Shown here one piece after another: positions 51,265-61,815 of a DNA stretch of 64,000 nucleotides. The position numbers were made by a program, and so were the translations under genes. Each line of letters opens with the position of its first letter. Position 1 is the stretch's first letter. Origin of the DNA: an uncultured Opitutales bacterium (GTDB lineage Bacteria; Verrucomicrobiota; Verrucomicrobiia; Opitutales; JAIRKQ01); contig CAZOAG010000002.1 of the NCBI GenBank assembly GCA_964577805.1, positions 7,139 through 71,138 on the forward strand. Reading direction: 5' to 3'. The notes under the pieces are model-generated. The model had not been told where the DNA came from. It did no database searches and was given only the letters and a program-made list of their open reading frames with translations.

Positions 51265-52617
51265 ATGCGATATATGAAGAATGCTTTCAAAGCGTTATGG
51301 AAAGGTCAAGAAAATTTTCATATTTCCATACTGACATTTTTAATAAAAGTCATAGACCAACATGTTGTTTTTATTGTGAACGGATTTCGTAGTAACATCG
51401 TTTATCGTTTAAAGTCACTGTTGGATGATCAAAAAGCAGGACCATATGATAAAACACCGATCATATGCATATTGATGTTATTGTTTATCGGGATTACTGC
51501 AATTTATTCATCTCATAGTCATTCCGGTGGCTCTCAGTGGATAGCACAATTAGTATGGGCATTTGCTGGTGGTTGTTTGTATTATATTGTTTCACGAATA
51601 GATTATGAATTTTTTGCACAATATGCACATGTATTTTACAACATAAGCATTGTTTTGTTGTTGATGTTATGGACACCATTTGGAGAACGCCGATTTGGTG
51701 CGTTACGATGGGTAAATCTTGGTGTATTTGCTGTACAACCATCAGAACCAGCAAAATTAGGATTTTTATTTATGTTGAGTGCGATGATGGCACGTACAGA
51801 GATATCATCTCTTGGTGGTTCTATAAAAAATCTTGCAAAGTGTTGTTTGGTGTTTTGCATCCCGACGATATTGATATTTTTACAGCCTGATTTGGGGTCA
51901 GCGCTGACATTTCCTGTGATGTTTTTTGCGATGTTGTATATTTCCAAATTATCGAAAAAATTTTTTCTTGGTATAGTTGCCATTTTTTTGATCGCAGTAT
52001 CAATCATAGCGATAGATATATACGGATATCGTAATTTTTTAGATGATAAATTTTTTAGAAATGATGGTGAGCAGACGAAATATGAGGACCGTAGTATTCT
52101 GCCATTAAAAGATTATCAACGAGATCGTATATTGGCATTTTTATTTCCTGATGATGTTGATCCCAATGGCATTGGGGTTAGTTGGAATTTGAGGCAATCA
52201 TTAATTGCTGTTGGGACAGGTGGATTGACAGGCAAGGGGTTCAATAATGGAACGCAGGCACAGTTGGGATATTTGCCGAAATCTGTCGCATCGAATGATT
52301 TTATTTTTTCAGTAATTGCTGAAGAAAGAGGGTTGATAGGGTCACTTTGTGTGATCTTATTATATGTTTTATTGATAGGCAATGGATTGCGAACAGCACA
52401 GCTGTCTCGAGATCGGTTCGGAACATATATTTGTATCGGCACTAGTATTTTATTACTCTTGCATATAGTTGTCAATATCGGCATGACATTAGGGCTTATG
52501 CCGATTACAGGTATTCCATTGCCGTTTTTAAGTTATGGAGGGTCATTTTTATTGATTTGTTGTTTCTTACAAGGAATAACGCAAAGTGTTTATCGATATC
52601 ATAAGTGTTTTGTGTAA
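51265..52617 (+). CDS. rodA: SEDS-family rod-shape/peptidoglycan polymerase RodA-like protein
   Basis: Second SEDS paralog. Motifs QPSEPAKL, LQPDLGSA, LPKSVASNDFIFSVIAEE and PITGIPLPFLSYGGS. Confidence 0.8.
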   Translation: MRYMKNAFKALWKGQENFHISILTFLIKVIDQHVVFIVNGFRSNIVYRLKSLLDDQKAGPYDKTPIICILMLLFIGITAIYSSHSHSGGSQWIAQLVWAFAGGCLYYIVSRIDYEFFAQYAHVFYNISIVLLLMLWTPFGERRFGALRWVNLGVFAVQPSEPAKLGFLFMLSAMMARTEISSLGGSIKNLAKCCLVFCIPTILIFLQPDLGSALTFPVMFFAMLYISKLSKKFFLGIVAIFLIAVSIIAIDIYGYRNFLDDKFFRNDGEQTKYEDRSILPLKDYQRDRILAFLFPDDVDPNGIGVSWNLRQSLIAVGTGGLTGKGFNNGTQAQLGYLPKSVASNDFIFSVIAEERGLIGSLCVILLYVLLIGNGLRTAQLSRDRFGTYICIGTSILLLLHIVVNIGMTLGLMPITGIPLPFLSYGGSFLLICCFLQGITQSVYRYHKCFV

Positions 52618-52674
52618 AAAATAAGATCAACGATAAAATGTCATTTCATAAAAAGTATAGGGGAAAATTTTTTC

Positions 52675-54351
52675 ATGATAGAATTTAAAAAAGAAAATAA
52701 TAGTAACGAAGAAACTTGTACGGATGAAAGGTTTGTTGAGCGGATAAAAGAAGAGGCTGCTGAACGGGCAAAACAACAACCAATGTTACAACGTATAATT
52801 AAATCATTGTCGCGGACAGATCGTACGTTTCGGGAATTGATTTTTAGTAATGAATTGACAGAAAACCGTGTGGCGCTGTTAGAAGACGGAATTTTAGAAA
52901 ATTATGAATTTGAACGTCTAAATGAACGAAGTGATGTCGGTGCGATATATAAGGGAAAGATTCAAAATCTTGAACCAGGATTGAAGGCAGCATTTGTCGA
53001 CATTGGGGAGTCGAAGAACGCATTTTTGCACTACTGGGATATTTTGCCAGCTGTTAGTGAAAAAACATTCGAAGTCACTCGTAAGACAGGGAAAAAACAA
53101 AAACAAATAACATTGAAAGATATTCCAGATTTGTATGCAATTGGTACAGATATCATGGTACAAATTACGAAGGGCCAAATCGGAACAAAAGGTCCTCGAG
53201 TAACAACAAATATAGCACTTCCTGGAAAATGTCTTGTGTTGATGCCATTTTCTGAAGAATGTGGCATTTCAAAAAAAATCGAGGATGAAAAAGAACGTGC
53301 TCGATTGCGCGATATTGTCAATAAGTTGACCATCCCAGATGGCATGGGGGTAATTGTGCGTACAGCTGGTGTAGGGAAAAAAGCACGATATTTTGTACGT
53401 GATCTTCACATGTTATTGCAAGAGTGGCAATCCGTAATGTCGAAATATGAAAATAATGATAAACCAACATTGTTGCACCAAGAGCCAGATTTAGTAGAAC
53501 GTGTTGTTCGTGACTTTTTGACTGATGATGTTGATCGTGTCATTGTCAATGATTCTGCTATTTTGGACAGGATGTTACATGCTGTTGAAATGATATCCCC
53601 ACGGTCCAAGCAAAAGTTTCATTTATTTTCAGAAAATATTCCTGTTTTTGAACGGTTTAATATTGAACGGCAGATAGAACAAACTTTTCGTCGACGTGTC
53701 CCATTATCATGTGGTGGTGAAATAGTCATTCATGAGACGGAAGCATTGACATCAATCGATGTTAATACCAGCAATTTCAAGTCGAAGGATAAAGACGGCA
53801 ATAATTTTATTTATAATTTAAATTTTGAAGCAGGGAAAGAAATTGCTCGTCAATTACGATTACGAAATATTGGTGGTTTGATTGTGATAGATTTTATCGA
53901 TATGGTAAATAAACGCGATCGGAATAATATTTTCAATTTGATGCGTACAGAATTGAGCAAGGATAAAGCACGAGTATTTGTCCTGCCAATATCAACATTA
54001 GGATTGATGGAAGTTTCTCGTCAACGACATTCACAAAGTAACTGTAGTGAAATGCGTGCGATATGTCGTTATTGTAATGGAGATGGGTATATTAAATCTC
54101 CGCGAACAATGTGTAGTGAAATATACCGCAAGATTGCCAGTTGTTTACAACAAAAACGTGAAAAAGTATCGATGGATACACGTGTTCAAATAAAGGTATT
54201 GTTGAACAATGATGTTTTGGATCATATGAAGGGTGACGAAGCGTCATTATTAACAGTAGAAGAACGATTTAATGCAAAATTGATGTTCCGGGCAGATCCA
54301 TCATTGCATATAGAACATTATAAAATCTTGGATGTAACAACGATGTCATAG
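52675..54351 (+). CDS. rng: ribonuclease G/E family endoribonuclease
   Basis: S1 domain (GAIYKGKIQNLEPGLKAAFVDIGESKNAFLH) and catalytic core (TEALTSIDVNT; GGLIVIDFIDM). 558 aa. Confidence 0.88.
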   Translation: MIEFKKENNSNEETCTDERFVERIKEEAAERAKQQPMLQRIIKSLSRTDRTFRELIFSNELTENRVALLEDGILENYEFERLNERSDVGAIYKGKIQNLEPGLKAAFVDIGESKNAFLHYWDILPAVSEKTFEVTRKTGKKQKQITLKDIPDLYAIGTDIMVQITKGQIGTKGPRVTTNIALPGKCLVLMPFSEECGISKKIEDEKERARLRDIVNKLTIPDGMGVIVRTAGVGKKARYFVRDLHMLLQEWQSVMSKYENNDKPTLLHQEPDLVERVVRDFLTDDVDRVIVNDSAILDRMLHAVEMISPRSKQKFHLFSENIPVFERFNIERQIEQTFRRRVPLSCGGEIVIHETEALTSIDVNTSNFKSKDKDGNNFIYNLNFEAGKEIARQLRLRNIGGLIVIDFIDMVNKRDRNNIFNLMRTELSKDKARVFVLPISTLGLMEVSRQRHSQSNCSEMRAICRYCNGDGYIKSPRTMCSEIYRKIASCLQQKREKVSMDTRVQIKVLLNNDVLDHMKGDEASLLTVEERFNAKLMFRADPSLHIEHYKILDVTTMS

Positions 54352-54488
54352 TGTCATAAAGCTATGATATTCTTTCTGGCATGATTCTGAGGCGAGTGTT
54401 TTGATGCAATTGAATTATAATATGAGGTTATAGTTTTCGTGATGAACAAATCTTTCGAGGGATAAACTATTTTATTGATAGAAAAATC

Positions 54489-54517
54489 TTGTTAAGATGT
54501 TGAATGTTTGGTATAAT
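54489..54517 (+). promoter_or_regulatory. sigma70-type promoter with extended -10
   Basis: -35 TTGTTA (54489-54494), a 17-nt spacer, then TGgTATAAT (-10 TATAAT at 54512-54517). Confidence 0.55.
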
Positions 54518-54583
54518 GGTTGCCGCATTTTAGCAGAGAACGGTATTCTGCATGGATGCATGAGAATTCAAAAAGGAGGAAAT

Positions 54584-54622
54584 ATGTGTGACTGTGGATG
54601 CGGCGGCGGAAAGAAAAAATAA
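54584..54622 (+). CDS. 12-codon mini-ORF MCDCGCGGGKKK
   Basis: ATG preceded by AAAGGAGGA at optimal spacing. It lies between a good promoter (54489-54517) and a terminator (54647-54683). Confidence 0.45.
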   Translation: MCDCGCGGGKKK

Positions 54623-54646
54623 ATCATTTCAATGATTTAATGGAAT

Positions 54647-54683
54647 GGCCATTGGTAATCTTACCAGTGGCTATCTTGTTTTT
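54647..54683 (+). terminator. rho-independent terminator/attenuator
   Basis: Stem ggccattggtaa / ttaccagtggc (one G-U pair), 3-nt loop, then TATCTTGTTTTT. Confidence 0.65.
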
Positions 54684-54747
54684 ACGAAAAAATCATTGAC
54701 TAATTTTGTCATTCAATCATCCTTCTTCGAGAGAAGAGGAGTGTGAT

Positions 54748-55251
54748 ATGGCAATCGATACATTCACTGATATTTTGCAAGAATTTGCTAGGAGGATAAA
54801 TTTGATAGGGTTACAAATTGATCCATCTGGGTATTGTTGTTTAGATGTTGACCATGGAACATTGGTACATCTAAAGTATGAAAATAAGCGCGATAATATG
54901 ATTTTTATTTCAGAAATTGGTGAAATTCCTGAAATGAATAAGGGTGCTATTTTGCGATATTTGTTGCGTATGAATGATAATGCTGAAGAGAGCAAGGGCA
55001 TGACGTTATCGTATAATAGTGATAGTAATAATGCTGCAATAGGATATCAGTATCCATTACGGTTTATGGATATCACTAAATTTGAAGAGTTTTTCAAAAT
55101 GTTTTTGGATGAAGTCGAGCGCTGGAAGGGCAAGATGGAGCTATATACTCAAGGAACACTTCCTAATGGTGAAGAAGGAGTAGAAGGTGCTGCAACGACT
55201 GATACAAAATATGATGCTCCGAGCACACCAGCATTTATGATCGGTGCATGA
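54748..55251 (+). CDS. type III secretion class I chaperone (CesT/Tir-chaperone family-like)
   Basis: 167 aa from ATG 54748 (SD agaggag). The pattern FARRINL..LQIDPSGYCCLDVDHGTLVHLKYE...MIFISEIGEIP....ILRYLLRMN....GMTLSYN....A.GYQYPL is typical. Confidence 0.65.
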   Translation: MAIDTFTDILQEFARRINLIGLQIDPSGYCCLDVDHGTLVHLKYENKRDNMIFISEIGEIPEMNKGAILRYLLRMNDNAEESKGMTLSYNSDSNNAAIGYQYPLRFMDITKFEEFFKMFLDEVERWKGKMELYTQGTLPNGEEGVEGAATTDTKYDAPSTPAFMIGA

Positions 55252-55516
55252 TTTTAAAATTTTCTATTCATAATTATTGATTACTGACCGACGGCCTGTG
55301 CAGTTTTTGTGCAGGTTGTTGTGATTTTACGATGAATACGATACCAATCGTTTTATTGATCCCGATACTAGACATATTAATTCTGAATAGTATTTCCAAA
55401 ATGCCATTATATTAGTACGTTAAATCGTTTTTAAATATACAGTTGTGCCATAAAAATTGTTGTAAAGTAATCAGGCGATTATAAATGCCTATTTAGGAGT
55501 TTCCGAAATCATTTTC

Positions 55517-55938
55517 CGGCGACCCTGAAAGTCCGCGGCGACCCTGAACTTGTCAGAAGACACGACACTGGTTGGTCACACGATGGTCTGATTGTGTCAA
55601 ATGTCTTGATTTCACATTTTCGAAGACTTTGTTGTGATAGAAGAGCTGATCTTATAGGCATTATACACGAAGACATTATTTCGCCTGAGAGAAGTACAGT
55701 TTGCCGGTGATTCACGTTTGCAGAGGGCTTTAATTTTCAGCCAAGATGAGATTGTTAGAAAATATGATGTCGCTTGGTTGTCTGATATCGTCGGAATGAT
55801 TTTATTGGTCGGAGTATTACAACCCACCAGGGTTTCTGACAGCATTGGAAATTCCAAATCGCCATAGGATTCCTATTGGCCGATTACTTGCGTCGCCGAC
55901 GATCTGACACTGGTTGGTAACATGAGGATCTGATTTTG
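55517..55938. repeat. direct repeats in the chaperone-pgi gap
   Basis: 13-nt cggcgaccctgaa twice (55517-55529, 55536-55548). 33-nt repeat gacactggttggt.ac..ga.g..tctgatt.tg at 55564-55596 and 55906-55938 (28/33 identical, 342 bp apart). Confidence 0.8.
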
Positions 55939-56040
55939 CAGGAGTATTCCAATTCACAGACAACTTCTATTCGCAGATAATAGCGGATGGTTAATTCTCG
56001 AAACCCGCCGCTCAGATGATATTATTTTTTTGTTTAAGTC

Positions 56041-56106
<66 letters not shown>

Positions 56107-56556
56107 ATCGACCGTCAAGACATTCTATGGTTTTCTACCTGTGCTTTAAATGTCTTTAGAAGTTTGTTTAGAGAACCTTTGAATAACCTTTGAAGTGTAT
56201 TTGCTGTTTCTTTCAACTTTCTTCAAAGTTCAGAATTACATCGAGTATTTTTAGGCCGCCATAAGATATTGCTTGGAGTTGTCATAGAGCTTCGTCATGG
56301 CTTTTTCGGCGCTATTTTGAACTTCCTTTATGGCTTGTTTACCGTGTTTTTTTTGGTTTTTTTAGCCTTTTCTTATAGTTTGTATCTAGGTCTTGATGAT
56401 TGCAAATACGATTTGCAGGCTATGTTTGTAATGATTCATTGGTCGTGTTGTGCTCAGACAATCATTATGGTACGATTTTTGATAAAAATCTAATGGCATA
56501 ATATGTATTCTACATTGCTCTTATGATGTTTTTTTACATATTGCTGTTGATAACAT

Positions 56557-58125
56557 ATGGATATTGCTGAATTTTTCCGACGTTGTTATTTTAGGGATGA
56601 TAAGTTAGGCCTTTCAATTGATTTTAGTCATATTGATTTATCTGATGATTCCGTAGAAAATATGCTGTCCAAACAAAAACGTGCCATGGAAGAAATGGAA
56701 CGCTTAGAAGCAGGAGATATTGTTAATATCGATGAAAATAGGATGGTCGGACATTATTGGTTGCGTGCTCCTGAACTATCCCCTACTGATAATATTCGTG
56801 ATGATATTATCAATATGCAACATCGTATAAAATCATTTGCGAATGATATTCATGCTGGAAATATTGTCGGAGATGGTGGTAAATTTTCGAATATTTTATG
56901 GATAGGAATAGGTGGTTCATGTTTGGGCCCGCAGTTAATCGCTGATAGCCTGTCAAATGATCATTCTATGAAGATTGCATTCATTGATAATACTGATCCT
57001 GATGGTATCGATCGCATATTATCATCGTTAGTTGGAGAACTTGGAAAAACATTAGTCGTTGTTGCGTCTAAATCAGGAAGTACACCGGAACCGCGCAATG
57101 CGATGAAAGAAGTTATTCATGCATATCAATTGGCTGGGCTCTCATTTGCTCGCCATGCTGTTGCAATAACAGGAAATGATAGCTTGCTCGATAAACAAGC
57201 GCGACAAGAAGGGTGGATCGCACGATTTCCTATGTGGGATTGGGTCGGTGGCCGCACTAGTATTTTTTCTTCGGTTGGACTATTATGTGCAGCATTATTA
57301 GGAATTGATATTGAATCATTTCTTTCAGGTGCACATGATATGGATATATTGACACGTCGGAATGATAATAATCCTGCGATGAAACTAGCAATGGCATGGT
57401 ATAATGCATGTGATGGAATTGGACGGAAGGATATGGTTGTATTGCCATATAAAGATCGATTGGGATATTTTGCGCGATATCTTCAACAATTAGTCATGGA
57501 GTCGTTAGGAAAATCACATGATCGCGATGGTAAGTGTGTGAGACAGGGCATGACGGTATATGGCAACAAAGGTACGACGGATCAACATGCCTTTGTTCAA
57601 CAATTGCGAGATGGTATTCAAAATTTTTTTGTTACAATAATTACTGTATTGAAAAACTGCAGCAACCCGTCGATCGATGTTGATAATGACGGTATGACAT
57701 CCGGAGATTATTTAAATGGTTTTGCATTGGGAACAATCGATGCATTGTCAGAAAATGGCACACAAGTTATCCATGTCATATTGGATGATTTTAATGCGTA
57801 TCATCTTGGCGCATTGATTGCATTGTATGAACGTGCTGTTGGGATTTATGCGAGTTTTATCAATATTAATGCTTATCATCAGCCTGGTGTAGAGGCAGGG
57901 AAAAAAGCAGCTGCAAAAGTATTGAAATGGCAGAATGATATTATATCTGCATTGAAGGACGATGGTAATAATGGCATGACATTAAATTCATTTGTTCAGG
58001 ACTTGCCAGATTGCAAAGATCCATCTCTATTATTTAAATTATTGGAACATATGGTAGCGAATGGCATTTTAAAATACGAACAATCAGATTTGATGCCACT
58101 TCAGCGAAAATACGTGATTGCTTAG
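56557..58125 (+). CDS. pgi: glucose-6-phosphate isomerase
   Basis: GIGGSCLGPQ, VVASKSGSTPEP, and GKGTTDQHAFVQQLRDG. 522 aa. Confidence 0.92.
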   Translation: MDIAEFFRRCYFRDDKLGLSIDFSHIDLSDDSVENMLSKQKRAMEEMERLEAGDIVNIDENRMVGHYWLRAPELSPTDNIRDDIINMQHRIKSFANDIHAGNIVGDGGKFSNILWIGIGGSCLGPQLIADSLSNDHSMKIAFIDNTDPDGIDRILSSLVGELGKTLVVVASKSGSTPEPRNAMKEVIHAYQLAGLSFARHAVAITGNDSLLDKQARQEGWIARFPMWDWVGGRTSIFSSVGLLCAALLGIDIESFLSGAHDMDILTRRNDNNPAMKLAMAWYNACDGIGRKDMVVLPYKDRLGYFARYLQQLVMESLGKSHDRDGKCVRQGMTVYGNKGTTDQHAFVQQLRDGIQNFFVTIITVLKNCSNPSIDVDNDGMTSGDYLNGFALGTIDALSENGTQVIHVILDDFNAYHLGALIALYERAVGIYASFININAYHQPGVEAGKKAAAKVLKWQNDIISALKDDGNNGMTLNSFVQDLPDCKDPSLLFKLLEHMVANGILKYEQSDLMPLQRKYVIA

Positions 58126-58843
58126 AAAGGCATTTATTGAGATTCAAATATTGGCCATAGTTGATTTTATTAACTTTGTGCATGAGGTGTGTACGTGCGT
58201 ATGGCATATTAGACAATGCCATATTTACGTGTATTTTCCATAGCACCGGTTGCAATTGGATATATACGTATGGCATGTTTGCAACAATTTGTGTTAAAAG
58301 TTGTATGTGCTGATATTTTTGATATCAAAAGTGCACAACATGAAACACGAAATCATGTTTTTAATGGTTTCATAACGGTGTTTGCAAAGCCCTATGATCT
58401 TGGAATATGCGGAACATTAAATACACGATTTTTTTTATTTGCTTAGATACAATTTCTATGGTTCAAGCATTGTAGTTTCGTATGAACTTACATCTTGCAA
58501 GGCAATCGTTTACATGCCATATGGTAGATGCATGTTTTAACACTATTGGAATGGCAGTTTGTTTTTATGTTGCCAACGATCCATATGGATTAGCTAAAAA
58601 ATACGATGTTTGAATTGGCTAGAAAAAATATGTTTGTTTTATTTTTATAACTGAGATAGCAATAGGCTGGTTTTAGCTTAAATATTTCTGCATAGACAAT
58701 GATTATTGTTTAATGTGCAATTTTAAAATTGCATTACGATGATACATGTCGTAGATGCTCGTCTTGCGCTTGCCTATATTTGCAATATAATCTATATTTT
58801 TATCAATTATATTGATAGCTTTTTATGTTAGCCGGTTCGTATG

Positions 58844-58884
58844 TAAAAAAACAGAACAGGCAGACACATTGCATGTCGCCTGTT
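58844..58884 (-). terminator. rho-independent terminator after the first beta-barrel paralog
   Basis: Stem aacaggc(a)gaca / tgtcgcctgtt. On the minus strand it is followed by CTGTTTTTTT. Confidence 0.6.
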
Positions 58885-58912
58885 GTTTTGTTTAAATAAC
58901 GATACAATTTAA

Positions 58913-59707
58913 TTAGAATGCACAATCAACAGATGCATTGAACCATATCATATTCTTGTGTCCAAGTAAGTTCGCCCAAGCCTTCTTTTTTGCGCTGTTT
59001 CCTTCATATGCAACACCAGCACGTGCTTTTGCACTACCAGTGATGGAATATACTAAATCAGCATTAACTCCATAATATGCATAATCTTTGTCGCCATAGG
59101 TGTTTTTGTTGTATTTGTTTGTTCCGAGTGGTTTGCTGGCACGATCATAACCAATTTTTGCTCCCAAATCAACACTTAGTCCACCAATTGCATATTGTGA
59201 TAAATCGAAAGAATATCCTGCTGCTGCAACGACATTGATTTCTTCACGATCAAAATCATATTCGCAATATAGCGATGGTGAGAACATTACATCAGCTAAC
59301 AACCCTAAATAGATTTCACTTGTATTGCGTTTGTAACCATCCGGAAGGCCATCGTAAAAGTGATGAGTATACCCTGCATCAAGAGTGAACATGTCATTGA
59401 TGTCGTACATACATCCAACATATGGAGCAACGTTGTTGACGCCATCTCCTTTCATGCGCAAAGATGTTTCTGTTCCGACATATGCACGTGCAGCATCAAA
59501 CAATTGGTATGATACTTCTGCTGATGGAACGAAGGCCGGCCCATGAATTGCTTTGCGTCCTTTGTTGACGTGTTCCGTTTCGAACTTCATTCCAATATTT
59601 CCTGACAATTTTGACTGCCATTCCATAGTTTTGACCGCTGCACTGTCATCAGCACACAAACATCCAAGGCTCAATAACCCTGTAGCAATAATAGATAATT
59701 TTTTCAT
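58913..59707 (-). CDS. outer membrane beta-barrel protein (putative porin, TorF/Gcw_chp-like), paralog 1
   Basis: 264 aa. Signal peptide MKKLSIIATGLLSLGCLCA, alternating hydrophobic beta-strand pattern, and an aromatic terminus (NASVDCAF). Confidence 0.7.
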   Translation of the reverse strand: MKKLSIIATGLLSLGCLCADDSAAVKTMEWQSKLSGNIGMKFETEHVNKGRKAIHGPAFVPSAEVSYQLFDAARAYVGTETSLRMKGDGVNNVAPYVGCMYDINDMFTLDAGYTHHFYDGLPDGYKRNTSEIYLGLLADVMFSPSLYCEYDFDREEINVVAAAGYSFDLSQYAIGGLSVDLGAKIGYDRASKPLGTNKYNKNTYGDKDYAYYGVNADLVYSITGSAKARAGVAYEGNSAKKKAWANLLGHKNMIWFNASVDCAF

Positions 59708-60029
59708 ATACTTTCCTTTTTTGTTAGAAACAAATCCAACGCATAAAGATGTTGTTTTGATTTGTGATTGTCAATAATTTTTGCTCAAAATTTTATTGTT
59801 TCCTATGCGTTTTCTGAGAAAAATTATCACAGAATTTAGGTGATACCTTGCAGGATAGAGTGTACGTATCATATCCAAATAGAGTAAAAATGCCAATGTT
59901 TCAGACGTTGGCGTATGACGACAGCGCCAATGGAATGGATGTACAACAATACTTATGTGTCTAATTACAAACCTATCAATTATAAATCTATTGTTAAAGA
60001 TAATGTCTGGGTTGTTAATTTTTCGTTTT

Positions 60030-60069
60030 GAAAAACAAAACAACGAGTGACTACGGAAGTCACTCGTTG
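60030..60069 (-). terminator. rho-independent terminator after the second beta-barrel paralog
   Basis: 12-bp perfect stem caacgagtgact / agtcactcgttg, loop ACGGA. On the minus strand it is followed by TTTTGTTTTT. Confidence 0.75.
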
Positions 60070-60094
60070 CTGTTTAAAAGTTTGAGTCGCGTTT

Positions 60095-60877
60095 TTAGAA
60101 CGCGCAATCAACGGAAGCATTGAACCATATCATGTTTCTGGCATGGTTGCCATTTACCCAAGCGTTCTTCTTTGCGCTGTTTCCTTCATATGATACGCCG
60201 GCACGTGCTTTTGCAGTATCATTAATGGAATATATCAAATCAGCATTGACTCCATAATACATATAATCTTTTTTCCCCATTTTTGCATTGTAATCGATTC
60301 CACCAGGTTTGTTGCATCGATCATATCCTAACTTTGCTCCTAAGTCGATGCCGAGACCACTGATTGCATACTGTGACAAATCAAAATTATATCCCACTGT
60401 TCCTACAAAATTGAAATCTTCTGTTTTGAAATTATATTCTGCATATACTGATGGTGAGAACATGACATCAGTCAATAGTCCAAGATATAGTTCGCTGCCA
60501 TCATAAGATTCTCCAATTTCATTGTAGAAATGGTGAGTGTATCCTGCGTCAACAGTGAACATGTCATTGATGTCGTACATGCATCCAACATACGGAGCAA
60601 CGTCATTGAGGTCATCGTTCTTCGTGCGCAAAGATGCTTCTGTTCCGACATATACACGTGCATCATCGAACAATTGATATGATGCTTCTGCTGATGGAAC
60701 GAATGCACATCCACTAATTTCTCTACGACCGCGATTGACATGTTCTGTTTCGAACTTCATTCCAATATTTCCTGACAATTTTGATTGCCATTCCATAGTT
60801 TTAACTGTTGCATTGTTATCGGCACACAAACATCCAAGGCTTAACAACCCTGCAGCTATAATTGATAGTTTTTTCAT
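60095..60877 (-). CDS. outer membrane beta-barrel protein (putative porin), paralog 2
   Basis: 260 aa, collinear with paralog 1. N- and C-terminal regions are near-identical, and it also ends NASVDCAF. Confidence 0.7.
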   Translation of the reverse strand: MKKLSIIAAGLLSLGCLCADNNATVKTMEWQSKLSGNIGMKFETEHVNRGRREISGCAFVPSAEASYQLFDDARVYVGTEASLRTKNDDLNDVAPYVGCMYDINDMFTVDAGYTHHFYNEIGESYDGSELYLGLLTDVMFSPSVYAEYNFKTEDFNFVGTVGYNFDLSQYAISGLGIDLGAKLGYDRCNKPGGIDYNAKMGKKDYMYYGVNADLIYSINDTAKARAGVSYEGNSAKKNAWVNGNHARNMIWFNASVDCAF

Positions 60878-60905
60878 ATGCTGTACTTACTAGAAAGTTG
60901 CAGCG

Positions 60906-60934
60906 AATAAATGTGCCTATTGCTAGTTTGTCAA
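60906..60934 (-). promoter_or_regulatory. possible sigma70 promoter of paralog 2
   Basis: On the minus strand: TTGACA (60929-60934), a 17-nt spacer, then TTTATT (60906-60911). A TTGACA also lies upstream of paralog 1 (59769-59774), but its -10 is poor. Confidence 0.35.
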
Positions 60935-61234
60935 TGTTTTTTTTGATGATGAGTTGTCGTAGCATAGTAAAAAGAATTGTCAAAGTAGGTTTGATATTTT
61001 GTTGTTAGTTAGTCGACGTTTCCAATAATAGGTTTTTTACAACAGGAGGAGATGAAAACATTGATTGATCAAGTGATACTGCTGTCATAGCCAATAAATC
61101 TGTTTTGAAGACTGTTTTACAATATGCTGATATGTTCTTTGCGAAAAATTTTGATGCGCTGCAGACTGTGTTGCAAGATTCGTCACGAGTTTAATTTTGC
61201 GTTATCGATTTTTTCTTGACAAAACAAAATATGC

Positions 61235-61660
61235 ATGTCATACGGACTGCTCATATTTATGAGAAAAAACTTAGTAAACATTGGTGCGTGCGTACCAGCT
61301 GGGAATCGTGTTGATAAGGCTAATAATTTTGCCAATCGGTATGGAGAGTTTCAAAATGAGCAACCAGCAGTGATTAACAATAAAGAGTTGGATGATGCGA
61401 TGTCGCTGTTGAACCATAGTAAAGAATCAAGTAAAGAATTAAGTAAAGAATTAAGTAAAGGACTTGAAGAACTAGGTAAAGAACTAAGTAAAAGGGGCGC
61501 ACGTAACAAATTTATTAATAGTGATAAAAATCATTCTGAAATTGAAAATGATAAAAATCATTCTGAAGAGAGCCAAGATGAAAACAACGAAGAAAACGTT
61601 ACAGTCATTGACGAAAATGAAAAACAAATTGATGTTAATTCCGGCATGATTTTGCAGTAG
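61235..61660 (+). CDS. hypothetical acidic repeat protein
   Basis: 141-aa ORF with SKE(L/S)SKELSKGLEELGKELSK repeats (12-nt DNA period, ~61418-61495) and a duplicated DKNHSE unit (61524-61570). Confidence 0.4.
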   Translation: MSYGLLIFMRKNLVNIGACVPAGNRVDKANNFANRYGEFQNEQPAVINNKELDDAMSLLNHSKESSKELSKELSKGLEELGKELSKRGARNKFINSDKNHSEIENDKNHSEESQDENNEENVTVIDENEKQIDVNSGMILQ

Positions 61661-61815
61661 GAATAAAATATAGTGATTAGCTATTAATTAATCTGTAAAA
61701 GCGTTTTGATGGTTGGAGAAAGACGGTTTCTGTGGTTGCAAATTAAGCGGCGGCATGGATCGTTGGTTAACATCATGAATGTCGAGATTAATTAATTAGG
61801 TTGAGATGTTGTATG

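Noticed and set aside
56269-56493. 74-aa hydrophobic ORF upstream of pgi.
   Set aside because: It is made of T-rich codons (Phe/Leu) in low-complexity DNA, with no SD and no recognisable motif. It is probably spurious.
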